From Candidatus Midichloria mitochondrii IricVA (GTDB lineage Bacteria > Pseudomonadota > Alphaproteobacteria > Rickettsiales > Midichloriaceae), in contig NC_015722.1 in NCBI RefSeq assembly GCF_000219355.1, positions 450,001 through 482,000 of the forward strand: a stretch of 32,000 nucleotides of DNA. Direction: 5' to 3'. Every line of letters starts with the position of its first letter. Positions within the stretch are counted from its first letter, which is position 1. The translations under genes and the position numbers were made by a program. This document shows, one piece after another, positions 1-9,175 of the stretch. A model generated the notes under the pieces. That model saw only the letters and a list, made by a program, of their open reading frames with translations. It searched no databases and was not told the DNA's origin.

Positions 1-1037
1 TTTGTTGATTCAGAGTTAAATTCATACCTTTCTAATAACATCCTTACAATATCATCAGGAAATAAATATAATATCATTGTTGCAGGAATTAAAAAGAATG
101 CAGCTATTCTGATAGCTGCTTCTTTACTGTGTTTTAGTTCCGTGTAATTGTTATTTGCAATATGTCTTGAAAGTGCGGGCAACAATGCGGTCGAAGTAGC
201 AGTAGCAATAATAGCTAGTGGTAATTGCATAACTCTGTCTGCATAATAGATATAAGATAACCCTCCGGGTACAAAGGAAACTATAACCATATCAATCCAA
301 GTATTAATTTGCACTATACCAGATCCAAAAACTCCCGCTCCCATTCTATTTAAAACAGTTTTGATATCTGGATTGATCGAGGGTAGCCTAATTGGTACGG
401 ACATTTTATTGATTTTTAAAAAGAAGACCATCCACAAAAGTTCTAAAACACCTGCGGCTAGTACGCCATGAGCAATTACGTGTGCTTTAGTTCGTTCATC
501 ATTAATATGGAGAGCAAATAATATCATAGAGATATTAAAAATTATTGCGGTGGCGGCAAATGGCATGAATTTACCGATACTATTAAGTATTCCTCCATAG
601 AAGGCCGCTAAAGAGATAAAGAATAAATAAGGAAAAGTAATGCGGCTCAATGTAACGGCCATCTCAAAGTAGTACCCCTTGTTTGCAAATCCTGGAGTGG
701 TAATCTTTAACACATACGGCATTGAACATATTATAATAGAACAAAACAAGGTTAAGGTTATTGCTAAAATGGATTGAACTAGGGCTGCCACTTCTAAGGC
801 TTTTTTCGTTCCCTCTTGCGATAATTTATAAGTAAAAATAGGGACAAACGCAGCCGTCAATGCTCCTTCGCCGAAAATATTTCTAAATAAGTTGGCGAAT
901 TTAAATGCCGCAATAAACGCATCGTTAAGCGGGCCTGTACCTAGATAAGAAGCAATAACTACATCTCTAATATAGCCAAATATTCTTGACACTAGGGTTG
1001 TTATTGAAACAACAGCCGCATTTCTAATAATACTCAT
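1..1037 (-). CDS. murJ: Lipid II flippase MurJ (MviN); the 3' end runs off the window
   Basis: Absent from the ORF track because it is open to the window edge. My translation from ATG (complement of 1035-1037) reads MSIIRNAAVVSITTLVSRIFGYIRDVVIASYLGTGPLNDAFIAAFKFANLFRNIFGEGALTAAFVPIF, a canonical MurJ N-terminus. The same frame is still open and MurJ-like (PDDIVRMLLERYEFNSEST) at position 1-59. Confidence 0.85.
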   Translation of the reverse strand, partial: MSIIRNAAVVSITTLVSRIFGYIRDVVIASYLGTGPLNDAFIAAFKFANLFRNIFGEGALTAAFVPIFTYKLSQEGTKKALEVAALVQSILAITLTLFCSIIICSMPYVLKITTPGFANKGYYFEMAVTLSRITFPYLFFISLAAFYGGILNSIGKFMPFAATAIIFNISMILFALHINDERTKAHVIAHGVLAAGVLELLWMVFFLKINKMSVPIRLPSINPDIKTVLNRMGAGVFGSGIVQINTWIDMVIVSFVPGGLSYIYYADRVMQLPLAIIATATSTALLPALSRHIANNNYTELKHSKEAAIRIAAFFLIPATMILYLFPDDIVRMLLERYEFNSEST

Positions 1038-1049
1038 TGGATAAATAAC

Positions 1050-2075
1050 TTATACCGCGAATGCTTCTTCCCATGTTCCCTTAGTTGCGGCTTTAGCATA
1101 TTCAGTAACTCTATTCTCGAAGAAATTTGTGTGCTCCGGAGCATTCAGAATTTCGTCGAGCCACGGAAGAGGGTTTCTCTCAATTTTGTAGAGTTCTCGC
1201 AAACCCAACTGAGTAAGTCTTCTATCGGCTATATATCTTATATATTGCTTGATATCAGATGCGGTCATGCCTTCTATAGCTCCTTCGAATCCAAATGCCA
1301 AATCTATAAATGCATCTTCATGTTTTATAATAGTCTCACAGGCTTCGTGTAAGAAGTCGGTTAATTTTTTATTCCAAACCTCGGGGTTTTCAGTGATAAA
1401 TGCCTTAAATAGCCACATTATAGCGTTAGTATGCAGGGTTTCATCTCTTACTGACCAGGCAATAATTTGGCCCATACCCTTCATTTTACCAAATCTTTGG
1501 AAGTTTAATAACATTGCAAAAGAAGCGAAAAGCTGTAATCCTTCGGTAAAAGCACCAAATACTGCCAAGGTCTTTGCTATATCCTCTTTAGAATTCACGT
1601 TAAACTGCTGCATATAATCATACTTCTCCTTCATTTCCTTATATTTAAGAAAAGCACTATATTCGACTTCTGGCATACCTAATGTATCCAATAAGTGAGA
1701 ATACGCGTCGATATGGATAGTTTCCATATTAGAAAAAGCTGCTAACATCATTTGTACTTCTGTCGGCTTAAATACTCGCGAGTAATGCCTCATGTAGCAA
1801 TTATTAACTTCTATATCAGCCTGGGTAAAAAATCTAAAGATCTGCGTTAAAAGGTGTTTTTCTGGCTCAGTCAAAACCTTTTTCCAGTCCTTTACATCGT
1901 CTGCCATAGGAACTTCTTCGGGTAGCCAATGAAGTTGTTGCTGTAATTTCCAATAATCATAAGCTTCGGGGTAATGAAAGGGCTTATATACCGACTCTGA
2001 GTCAAGCAACGACATACTTAAATAACAAATTCTTTTATATTCCGTATCATATACATCTTTATAAAAAAAGTCCAT
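1050..2075 (-). CDS. nrdB: Ribonucleotide-diphosphate reductase beta subunit (class Ia-like R2)
   Basis: The 341-aa ORF carries R2 di-iron/radical motifs (FFTQADIEV, SNMETIHIDAYSHLL, FTEGLQLFASFAMLL, VRDETLH). The true start may be the internal Met at 2015 (MSLLDSES...). The stop lies 12 nt before the murJ start, so the two are probably co-transcribed. Confidence 0.9.
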   Translation of the reverse strand: MDFFYKDVYDTEYKRICYLSMSLLDSESVYKPFHYPEAYDYWKLQQQLHWLPEEVPMADDVKDWKKVLTEPEKHLLTQIFRFFTQADIEVNNCYMRHYSRVFKPTEVQMMLAAFSNMETIHIDAYSHLLDTLGMPEVEYSAFLKYKEMKEKYDYMQQFNVNSKEDIAKTLAVFGAFTEGLQLFASFAMLLNFQRFGKMKGMGQIIAWSVRDETLHTNAIMWLFKAFITENPEVWNKKLTDFLHEACETIIKHEDAFIDLAFGFEGAIEGMTASDIKQYIRYIADRRLTQLGLRELYKIERNPLPWLDEILNAPEHTNFFENRVTEYAKAATKGTWEEAFAV

Positions 2076-2283
2076 TTAGATATCTATACAAAAAATAACA
2101 AGAATCATCTCTTCTCTCCTAATTTGATGAAGTATATAGACAATAAAAAAGATAATATATATTTTATTTTACCTTGCAAAACTTTACAAAATACAATACA
2201 AGTCTTCAGTTCATTGATAAAATATGCTAACATAGTACTTGCATCGGAAGGTAAATAATTTTCAAGAAACTTTATAATAACAT

Positions 2284-3255
2284 ATGAAAAATAAATATTA
2301 TTTAATACTCGTATTATCATTTGCGGTAATTTTTAAGCTTTTTCAACTATTTAAGACATTCAAAAAAAACAATAATGATGTAGTGATATTGCAGGTAGTT
2401 GAGCATGACGCTTTAAATTCGACGAGGAAAGGCATAGAAGACTATTTAAGAAGATGCTGTAGTCGGTTTGGTACAGGATATGAAAACGCCCAGGGTAATA
2501 CCACCTTGGCGCTACAAATTGGCAAAAGAGTCACTACCGCTAGACCAAAATTAATAGTTGCAATTGGCACTATTGCAGCTCAGGCCTTCTTAAAGAATGA
2601 TCAGATTCCAGTAATTTTTAGTTCGGTAACTGATCCTGTCTCAGCCGGCTTAATCAAAGATTTAAAAGAGACTGCTACAAATTTTGCTGGAGTGTCCAAT
2701 ATGATCAATATTGAGCCGCAGCTTAAATTGATAGTTGATATTTTGCCACAGGCTAAAAAAATTGGTGTGATATATAATTCAACAGAAGCTAACTCAATGG
2801 AAATATTGCGCAGAGTCAAGGAAAGCGCGAAGGACTTTAATTTGGAGATATTGGAGGCTGTAATATCGTCAAGCAACGATGTAATAGTTGCAACGCAGTC
2901 CTTGATACATAAACAAATAGACGCTATATTTGTTTCGAACGATAATACGGCTTTATCTTCAATACGGGGCATTACAAAAATTGCTTCTAGTTTTATGGTA
3001 CCAGTCTTTTGTAGTGATGTTGATACCATAAAAAATGGGGTGTTGGCTGCGTTTGGTCCAGATCAGTATAAGATAGGTATACAGACTGGCAAAATAATAG
3101 AAAAAGTATTACTAGGTAAAAAAACAACATATGAACTTCCTGTAGAATTTCCAGAAAAAATTGAACTAAAAATCAATATGAAGGTAGCAGCAAAAAATTT
3201 AAAAATTAAAATTGATAAGAGTATTGTAAGTGTAGCATCTGAGGTTATAGAATGA
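2284..3255 (+). CDS. ABC transporter substrate-binding protein (COG2984 / ABC_sub_bind type), substrate unknown
   Basis: N-terminal signal or anchor sequence. Family motifs are VVEHDALNSTRKG, NAQGN, AIGTIAAQA, IPVIFSSVTDPVSAGLI and NFAGVSN. The stop overlaps the permease start. Confidence 0.8.
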   Translation: MKNKYYLILVLSFAVIFKLFQLFKTFKKNNNDVVILQVVEHDALNSTRKGIEDYLRRCCSRFGTGYENAQGNTTLALQIGKRVTTARPKLIVAIGTIAAQAFLKNDQIPVIFSSVTDPVSAGLIKDLKETATNFAGVSNMINIEPQLKLIVDILPQAKKIGVIYNSTEANSMEILRRVKESAKDFNLEILEAVISSSNDVIVATQSLIHKQIDAIFVSNDNTALSSIRGITKIASSFMVPVFCSDVDTIKNGVLAAFGPDQYKIGIQTGKIIEKVLLGKKTTYELPVEFPEKIELKINMKVAAKNLKIKIDKSIVSVASEVIE

Positions 3256-4100
3256 TATCAGATCTTGTATACTATACTTTAGAAACTGGCCTTATATATG
3301 GCCTGATTGCTCTTGGTATTTATTTAACGCTGAGAATTGTAGATTTTCCAGATTTAACAGTAAATAGTAGCTTCACTCTAGGAGCGGCTGTATCTACTGT
3401 GTTGATAATAAATGGTTTTCCTCCCATAGTTTCAACTTTTTCAGCGATTCTTATGGGCTTTTTTGCCGGAGCAGCAACAGCCTTTCTAAATTTACAGTGC
3501 AAAATACAGAATCTTTTATCTAGCATCATTATCATGATCGGATTGCATTCAATTAACTTGAGAATCATGGGCAAACCGAATTTAGTGTTACTAGACCAAG
3601 AGGTTATATACACTAATTCAAACTCAATAATAATTACGGCATCTATAGTAATTATTATCACTATAATGCTTGCTTATTTTCTTTCTTCAGAAATAGGGCT
3701 TGGAATAAGAGTATCGGGGCAAAATCCAATTATGGGAAACGCTTACGGTGTTGATTATAATAAAGTTGTTTATTCGGTCTTAATCTTGAGTAATGGTTTA
3801 ACATCTTTAGCAGGTTCTTTGTTGTCTCAATTACAGGGGTTTTGTGACATAGGTATGGGTAATGGGGTGATTGTAATAGGCCTTGCCAGTGTTATAGTTG
3901 GAGAAAGAATCATATCTAGTCGTAATATGCTGATGATATCTTTTTCTTGCTTATTGGGTGCGATAGTCTATAACACCTTGATAGCGATATCTCTTGATGC
4001 TGCTGATTCTATATTAAGAGCTTCAGATATCTATATTATCACCGCTGTTCTAATTGTTTTCATTATGCTAAGCAAAAGAAATAACGAGAGAGGAAGTTAA
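3252..4100 (+). CDS. ABC transporter permease (COG4120 type)
   Basis: Polytopic hydrophobic 282-aa ORF. The N-terminus LETGLIYGLIALGIYLTLRIVDFPDLTVNSSFTLGAAV is the hallmark of the COG4120 permease that partners COG2984 binding proteins. Confidence 0.8.
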   Translation: MISDLVYYTLETGLIYGLIALGIYLTLRIVDFPDLTVNSSFTLGAAVSTVLIINGFPPIVSTFSAILMGFFAGAATAFLNLQCKIQNLLSSIIIMIGLHSINLRIMGKPNLVLLDQEVIYTNSNSIIITASIVIIITIMLAYFLSSEIGLGIRVSGQNPIMGNAYGVDYNKVVYSVLILSNGLTSLAGSLLSQLQGFCDIGMGNGVIVIGLASVIVGERIISSRNMLMISFSCLLGAIVYNTLIAISLDAADSILRASDIYIITAVLIVFIMLSKRNNERGS

Positions 4101-4101
4101 A

Positions 4102-4806
4102 ATGTCAATTGAGCTGCAAGATATTAGCTTGATTTATAATAAGGGTACTACTCTAGAAAGGGTAGTTCTTGATAAGGTGTCTATGACCATAACTCAGGGT
4201 AAGTTTGCTGCGCTAATAGGTAACAATGGCGCGGGAAAGTCTACACTAGCAAAAGTTATTGCAGGAGAAGTTATAGTCAATGAAGGCAAAGTTATAATAG
4301 GTAATCAAGATTGTACTAATATTAGAGATTTTGACAGAGCAAAATTTATAAGCCGCGTATTTCAAGACCCGGGAAAGGGCACCGCTAGGAATCTAACGGT
4401 TTTAGAGAATTTAATTTTTGCTAGCAGACGCGATCTAAAGAGGACATTGGTATTGTTCCTTAAAAAAGATCCCAGAGCATTTTTTAAAAAAAAGTTACAG
4501 GAACTTAATGCTGGATTAGAAGATAAGTTGGATGAACCAGTTTTTATGCTGTCTGGGGGGCAAAGGCAGATACTGAGTCTATTAATGGCTGTATTAAGAC
4601 CTTCGAAAATTTTATTATTGGATGAGCATACCGCGGCTCTTGATCCGGAGGCGGCGAAATTAGTTATGAGATTTACTCATCATCTTTTAAGAAATCATAA
4701 TATGACAACTATTATGATTACTCACGACATGAGTGAATTAGATTATTGTGATGAAGTTTACGCTATAACAAATTGCAAAATTAAAAAAATGCATAAAAAT
4801 TTTTAA
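4102..4806 (+). CDS. ABC transporter ATP-binding protein (COG1101 type)
   Basis: Walker A GNNGAGKST, signature LSGGQRQ, Walker B ILLLDEHTAALD and an H-loop ITHD. It starts 1 nt after the permease stop. Confidence 0.9.
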   Translation: MSIELQDISLIYNKGTTLERVVLDKVSMTITQGKFAALIGNNGAGKSTLAKVIAGEVIVNEGKVIIGNQDCTNIRDFDRAKFISRVFQDPGKGTARNLTVLENLIFASRRDLKRTLVLFLKKDPRAFFKKKLQELNAGLEDKLDEPVFMLSGGQRQILSLLMAVLRPSKILLLDEHTAALDPEAAKLVMRFTHHLLRNHNMTTIMITHDMSELDYCDEVYAITNCKIKKMHKNF

Positions 4807-4990
4807 CTAGCGAAAAAGCTGCAAAATATACTGAAAACTCAATTGACAATTATAATTTCAAATAACATCATTATAACGGATGGGTTGGCATAACTTAAAT
4901 TTATTTGACCTATTTAAAAAAACGAGTTAATGGTTAGATTTGTAGAGAGGTCGACCAACTATCTCGGTATTACTTGTAGGAGTTATCATT

Positions 4991-5449
4991 ATGAAAAAAA
5001 CAATTTTAACAGTGTGTGCTTTAGCAATGCTAACAGCATGCGTACAATCTGGTTCTGATAGCAAAGCTCTCAGTTCAACTAAAGCTTCAAAAGCTCTTAT
5101 TGAAGAGTTAACACAAAAAGTGGGGGACAAAGTGTACTTTGCTTTTGACAATTCTTCTCTTTCTGAAGAAGCGAAGGCAATCTTGGCTAAGCAAGCAGAG
5201 CTAATGCAAAAATATAGCACAGCGACCTTTACGATAGAAGGACATGCTGATCAGCGCGGTACAGCCGAGTACAACATAGGGCTTGGCGAGAGACGCGCTA
5301 ATGCTGTTAAGTCGTTCTTAACAAGCAAAGGTGGCGTTTCACCTAGTAGGTTAACAGTGATATCTTATGGAAAAGAAAGGTTAGCTGATGACCGCACTAC
5401 GGAAGACGCCTATGCTAAAAATCGTAGAGCGGTTACTGTGGCCAACTAA
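4991..5449 (+). CDS. pal: Peptidoglycan-associated lipoprotein (OmpA-family C-terminal domain)
   Basis: Lipobox LTAC after a signal peptide. OmpA-like motifs are VYFAFDNSSL, IEGHADQRGTAEYNIGLGERRA and NRRAV. AGGAG lies 8 nt upstream of the ATG. Confidence 0.9.
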   Translation: MKKTILTVCALAMLTACVQSGSDSKALSSTKASKALIEELTQKVGDKVYFAFDNSSLSEEAKAILAKQAELMQKYSTATFTIEGHADQRGTAEYNIGLGERRANAVKSFLTSKGGVSPSRLTVISYGKERLADDRTTEDAYAKNRRAVTVAN

Positions 5450-5463
5450 TAAAATATTATTTT

Positions 5464-5499
5464 AGCCTCATATTAATTTTAAATATGAGGCTTTTTTAT
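5464..5499 (+). terminator. Rho-independent terminator after pal
   Basis: Perfect 11-bp stem, agcctcatatt (5464-5474) pairing with aatatgaggct (5482-5492), with a 7-nt loop and a following T-run. Confidence 0.7.
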
Positions 5500-5550
5500 T
5501 TGCTTTTTGAACCTATGAGTGTATCTATAAACTAAAAGTAGAGTTTTTAC

Positions 5551-6594
5551 ATGGAAATGAATTTTTTGAGTAAAGTAGAACACTTGATGGTCGATAGGTT
5601 ATGGAGGCAGAATTTATTTATTAATAAGTTACTGCGTCCATTTTCATGGATATATATTATCGTCCATACCATAAAAGTTTTTTTCACTGAAAAACAAAAA
5701 GCAAATATGCCGGTCATATGCGTAGGGAACTTGACGGTAGGCGGTTCTGGGAAAACGCCAATTGTAATTGCTATAGGTCGGTTATTGAAGAAACACAAGA
5801 AAAATCTAGCCTTTATTGGACATGGCTACAAAGCCAATTTGCTCAAGCATAGTATCTGTATTGCAGTGGATCTTAAGATGCATAACGTAAGTAATGTAGG
5901 AGATGAAGCGATTTTATTGAGCAACTTTGCTCCGACCTATATAGCTCAGAAAAGGATTCAAGGAGTGTTCGCCGCACAAGCTGACGATTTTGATGTAGTG
6001 GTTTTGGATGATGGATTACAAGATAACAGTATACACAAAGACTTATCAATACTTGTAATAGATTCTGAGTATATGTTTGGAAATCTGCTCTTGTTACCAG
6101 CTGGCCCTTTAAGAGAATTACCGGTTTGTGCTCTAGGAAGAGCAGATTTAGTTATCGTCTCCGGTATTAATGAAGATAAGATCAAAGAGACTATTAATTT
6201 TATCAATTATAGATTTTCAAAAACTATACCTTTGCTAAAAACTAAAATTACTTCCTGTATCATCACTCCGAAAGGTATAGAGGAATTTAAAGATAAAGAT
6301 TTTTTTGCAATAATAGGAATTGCACATCCAAAAAAATTTTTAGAAACAGCTAAGAAATATAATATAAAAGTAAAAGAATCTGCTATTTTTTCTGATCATT
6401 ATATGTTTGGTGAGTCAGAATTGGATGCGATTTATAATCACGCTAATGTTTTGAAATGCAGCGTCATAACTTCCTCGAAAGATTTTGTGCGTTTACCTAA
6501 AAAATATCAAAGTTTAACTCAAGTGCTCGAAATAGAAGCGGAATTTCCAAATATTGAGCTGGTGGAAAATATGCTTGCTAAAATAAAGAGCTGA
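5551..6594 (+). CDS. lpxK: Tetraacyldisaccharide 4'-kinase (lipid A biosynthesis)
   Basis: P-loop VICVGNLTVGGSGKTP, plus VVLDDGLQD and LLPAGPLRE motifs. The start could be any of the Met codons at 5551, 5557 or 5587. Confidence 0.9.
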   Translation: MEMNFLSKVEHLMVDRLWRQNLFINKLLRPFSWIYIIVHTIKVFFTEKQKANMPVICVGNLTVGGSGKTPIVIAIGRLLKKHKKNLAFIGHGYKANLLKHSICIAVDLKMHNVSNVGDEAILLSNFAPTYIAQKRIQGVFAAQADDFDVVVLDDGLQDNSIHKDLSILVIDSEYMFGNLLLLPAGPLRELPVCALGRADLVIVSGINEDKIKETINFINYRFSKTIPLLKTKITSCIITPKGIEEFKDKDFFAIIGIAHPKKFLETAKKYNIKVKESAIFSDHYMFGESELDAIYNHANVLKCSVITSSKDFVRLPKKYQSLTQVLEIEAEFPNIELVENMLAKIKS

Positions 6595-6762
6595 ATTTTA
6601 TTGCTTGACTACAGAATATTACTGTGCAGAATGAAAGGGTTGCGTGGTTATCACAGTATAGTTAATTTTGTGTAAGTATTAATTATTAATATGGTAGTTT
6701 TTTGTATAAAATTTGACACTTCTTTTGAAGTGAAAGCGGCGCTCCTAGCCATATTCTTGAAC

Positions 6763-6786
6763 TATAGCATATTGACATATGCTATA
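6763..6786. promoter_or_regulatory. Perfect 10-bp inverted repeat (tatagcatat-tgac-atatgctata), a candidate operator upstream of asd
   Basis: Read directly from the sequence. Arms are 6763-6772 and 6777-6786 with a 4-nt spacer. The site ends 51 nt upstream of the asd ATG. Confidence 0.35.
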
Positions 6787-6836
6787 AGACTTTCATCCTT
6801 TGTTTCTTTATATATGTATTCTTTAGAAAGGTAATT

Positions 6837-7844
6837 ATGTATATTTCTGTTGCCATTTTGGGGGCCACTGGCGTCGTGGGACAAAAAGCAATTGCGCTTT
6901 TAGCTAGTAACCCGCGTTTTAACATAATAGAGTTGGTTGCCTCGGATCAACGTATTGGACAAACCTTTGGTGAAGTGTGTGACTGGCGTGAACCAATCAT
7001 GTCATTACCACAAGATATTTCTAAAATAAAACTAAGTTCAGCTCAAGATTTAAAGGCAGATTTTATTATTTCTTGCTTACCAGCAGATGTTGCGGAAGTA
7101 GTAGAGCTAGCCCTAGCGGAACAAGGGAAAATAGTTTTCTCAAATGCTTCTGCCTTTAGAATGCATAAAAATGTGCCATTATTAGTTCCAGAAATTAATT
7201 TTAATCATTTGTCACTATTAGAGAAGCAGGAGACAAAAGGTAAAATCATTACAAATCCTAATTGTTCGGTAGTTGGCGTGACATTGGCCCTTGTACCTCT
7301 TGTAAATTTGGGAGAGATAGAGCATGTAAGCGTGGTAACGCTCCAATCCATAAGCGGTGCTGGGTACCCAGGAGTACCTTCTCTTGATATACTGGGCAAC
7401 ACTATACCGCATATTTCTAATGAAGTTGAAAAAATTGCCGAAGAAACTAAGAGGATACTGGGTACTGCAGAAAATTATGCAGGCTTTTCTGTCACAACAC
7501 ACGTACATAGGGTACCTGTAATGTATGGCCATACAGTAACCCTACATGTTGTGTTTAAGAAAAGCGTGCGGCCTGAACAAGCAATTGAAGCTTACTTAGC
7601 CTGGAATAAAAAATATTCTGAGCTTTTTGTTATTCATAACAAAAATGGACGGCCACAAAGCGCAAAGGATTTGGCTCATAACGACATGCGTGCTCATATA
7701 GGACATTTACGTCAAGGCGATAAACCAAATATTATAGGACTTGTTTGCTTAACTCACAATCTTGTCAGAGGAGCAGCAGGTGCAGTTATTGCTAACATGG
7801 AAAGTTATATTAATTTCGTGAAAGGGATGCATTATGGTGCGTAA
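6837..7844 (+). CDS. asd: Aspartate-semialdehyde dehydrogenase (short archaeal/fungal-like type), apparently intact
   Basis: Rossmann motif AILGATGVVGQ, catalytic ITNPNCSVVG, then QSISGAGYPGV and RVPVMYGHTVTLHV. The 3' end overlaps the lysC start by 11 nt. Confidence 0.9.
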   Translation: MYISVAILGATGVVGQKAIALLASNPRFNIIELVASDQRIGQTFGEVCDWREPIMSLPQDISKIKLSSAQDLKADFIISCLPADVAEVVELALAEQGKIVFSNASAFRMHKNVPLLVPEINFNHLSLLEKQETKGKIITNPNCSVVGVTLALVPLVNLGEIEHVSVVTLQSISGAGYPGVPSLDILGNTIPHISNEVEKIAEETKRILGTAENYAGFSVTTHVHRVPVMYGHTVTLHVVFKKSVRPEQAIEAYLAWNKKYSELFVIHNKNGRPQSAKDLAHNDMRAHIGHLRQGDKPNIIGLVCLTHNLVRGAAGAVIANMESYINFVKGMHYGA

Positions 7845-9175
7845 AATTGTTGTAAAATTTTGGGGGACGAGCGTTAAAACTCCAGAGGCAATTAGGCAAG
7901 TTGCTAAAATTCTAAGGGCTAACCCAGAAATTAAGATAGTAGTTGTGAGCGCGGTGGGGGGCGTTACAAATTCATTAGTCAATTTAATAAACGCGGACCA
8001 AGCTCAACGCCCTATTTTAATCCAAGAATTATTAAATATTCATTTGAAGATTGCGCAAGAATTAAATTTATCAATCGATGATAAGATAAAAAAAGAAGTC
8101 GCAAGGTTAGATCAATTGTTGAATACAGACATTATTGATAAAGAAAAAATTGATAATATTTTGTCTCTAGGAGAGGATCTTTCATCTCTTCTTGTATACA
8201 GCTTTCTTAATTTACAGGGCATCAAAATCGACTTAATTGATATACGCAATTATTTAATTACTGATGATCATTTCGGTAAGGCTGCGCCAGAAATAGGTAT
8301 AATAAAGGAGCGTATGCAAAATCTTTCCACAAATATTTGCATTACTCAAGGGTTTATAGGTAGCACATTGGATGGTAAAACAACGACTCTTGGTAGAGGT
8401 GGATGTGATTATAGTGCAGCGCTCATAGCAGAAGCTATAGGGGCTGATGAATTACTAATATATACGGATGTCCCTGGAGTTTATACTATGGGCCCTAATA
8501 CTACTGATGAAGCTCAGCTTATTGATGAGCTTAATTTTCAAGAGATTGCTGAAATGGCGAATTTTGGGGCTAAAGTACTACACCCTGCAACAATAGAACC
8601 ATGCGTTAGAAGCAGAACAGGAGTACGTATTCTATCCACATTTGAACCAGAAAGAAACAGCACGCTTATAAATATCAAGGATAATAAATCCTTGGCTTCT
8701 AGAATTAGTGCAATTACGATGCGCTCAGGGCAAGTTCTTGTAACAATAACGAGTCTAAAAATGCTTAACGCTTATGGATTCCTTGCCAATATTTTCAGTA
8801 TCTTAACAAAATACAAGATTAGTATAGACTTAATTATTACTAGCGAGGTGAAGGTTGCTTTGACAATAGATAATATTAGCACTGGTTCACATGCACGTAA
8901 TCCATTTATTTATAATCAAGACTTGTTAAATGAGCTTAAACAATTTGCTGAAGTGTGATCGGTTGAAGATAACTTTGCTTGCAGTTATTGGTTCTAGGCT
9001 TACTGTGCCTGGTATTATACAAAAAGCCTTAGGAGTGATAGAGCCGTTCATGCTCCGATTAGTGTGTTATGGTGCTAGTAATTCCAGCATCAGCGTTTTA
9101 GTCGATAAGGAGAATGCGGTTGAGATGGCAGAGTTACTACATAAAAAAAAACTTTTAGGAGAAGCATATGTTTGA
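7834..9175 (+). pseudogene. lysC: Aspartokinase, frameshifted near 8945-8985 and carrying KFGGTS->KFWGTS
   Basis: ORF 7834-8958 holds the kinase domain and the first ACT domain. ORF 8930-9175, shifted by +1, holds the last ACT domain (LLAVIGSRLTVPGIIQKAL...ISVLVDKENAVEMAELLH). The universally conserved amino-acid-kinase motif reads KFWGTS (TGG at 7861-7863). Confidence 0.75.

Noticed and set aside
2105-2320. 71-aa minus-strand ORF in the nrdB/ABC divergent region.
   Set aside because: It sits in very AT-rich promoter DNA, overlaps the start of the substrate-binding protein gene, and has low-complexity Ile/Leu/Lys/Asn-type composition.
6595-6836. Lysine (L-box) riboswitch or T-box leader upstream of asd-lysC.
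   Set aside because: I could not find the conserved L-box core segments or a T-box sequence. The only structures are short hairpins and the palindrome reported separately.
8945-8960. Possibility that TGA encodes Trp (genetic code 4), prompted by the TGA at the lysC break and the missing tRNA-Trp upstream of secE.
   Set aside because: rpoB, both rpoC halves, the asmA-like gene and the other conserved genes are uninterrupted under code 11. Conserved Trp positions use TGG, for example WSFGEV in rpoC. The lysC lesion also involves a frame change.
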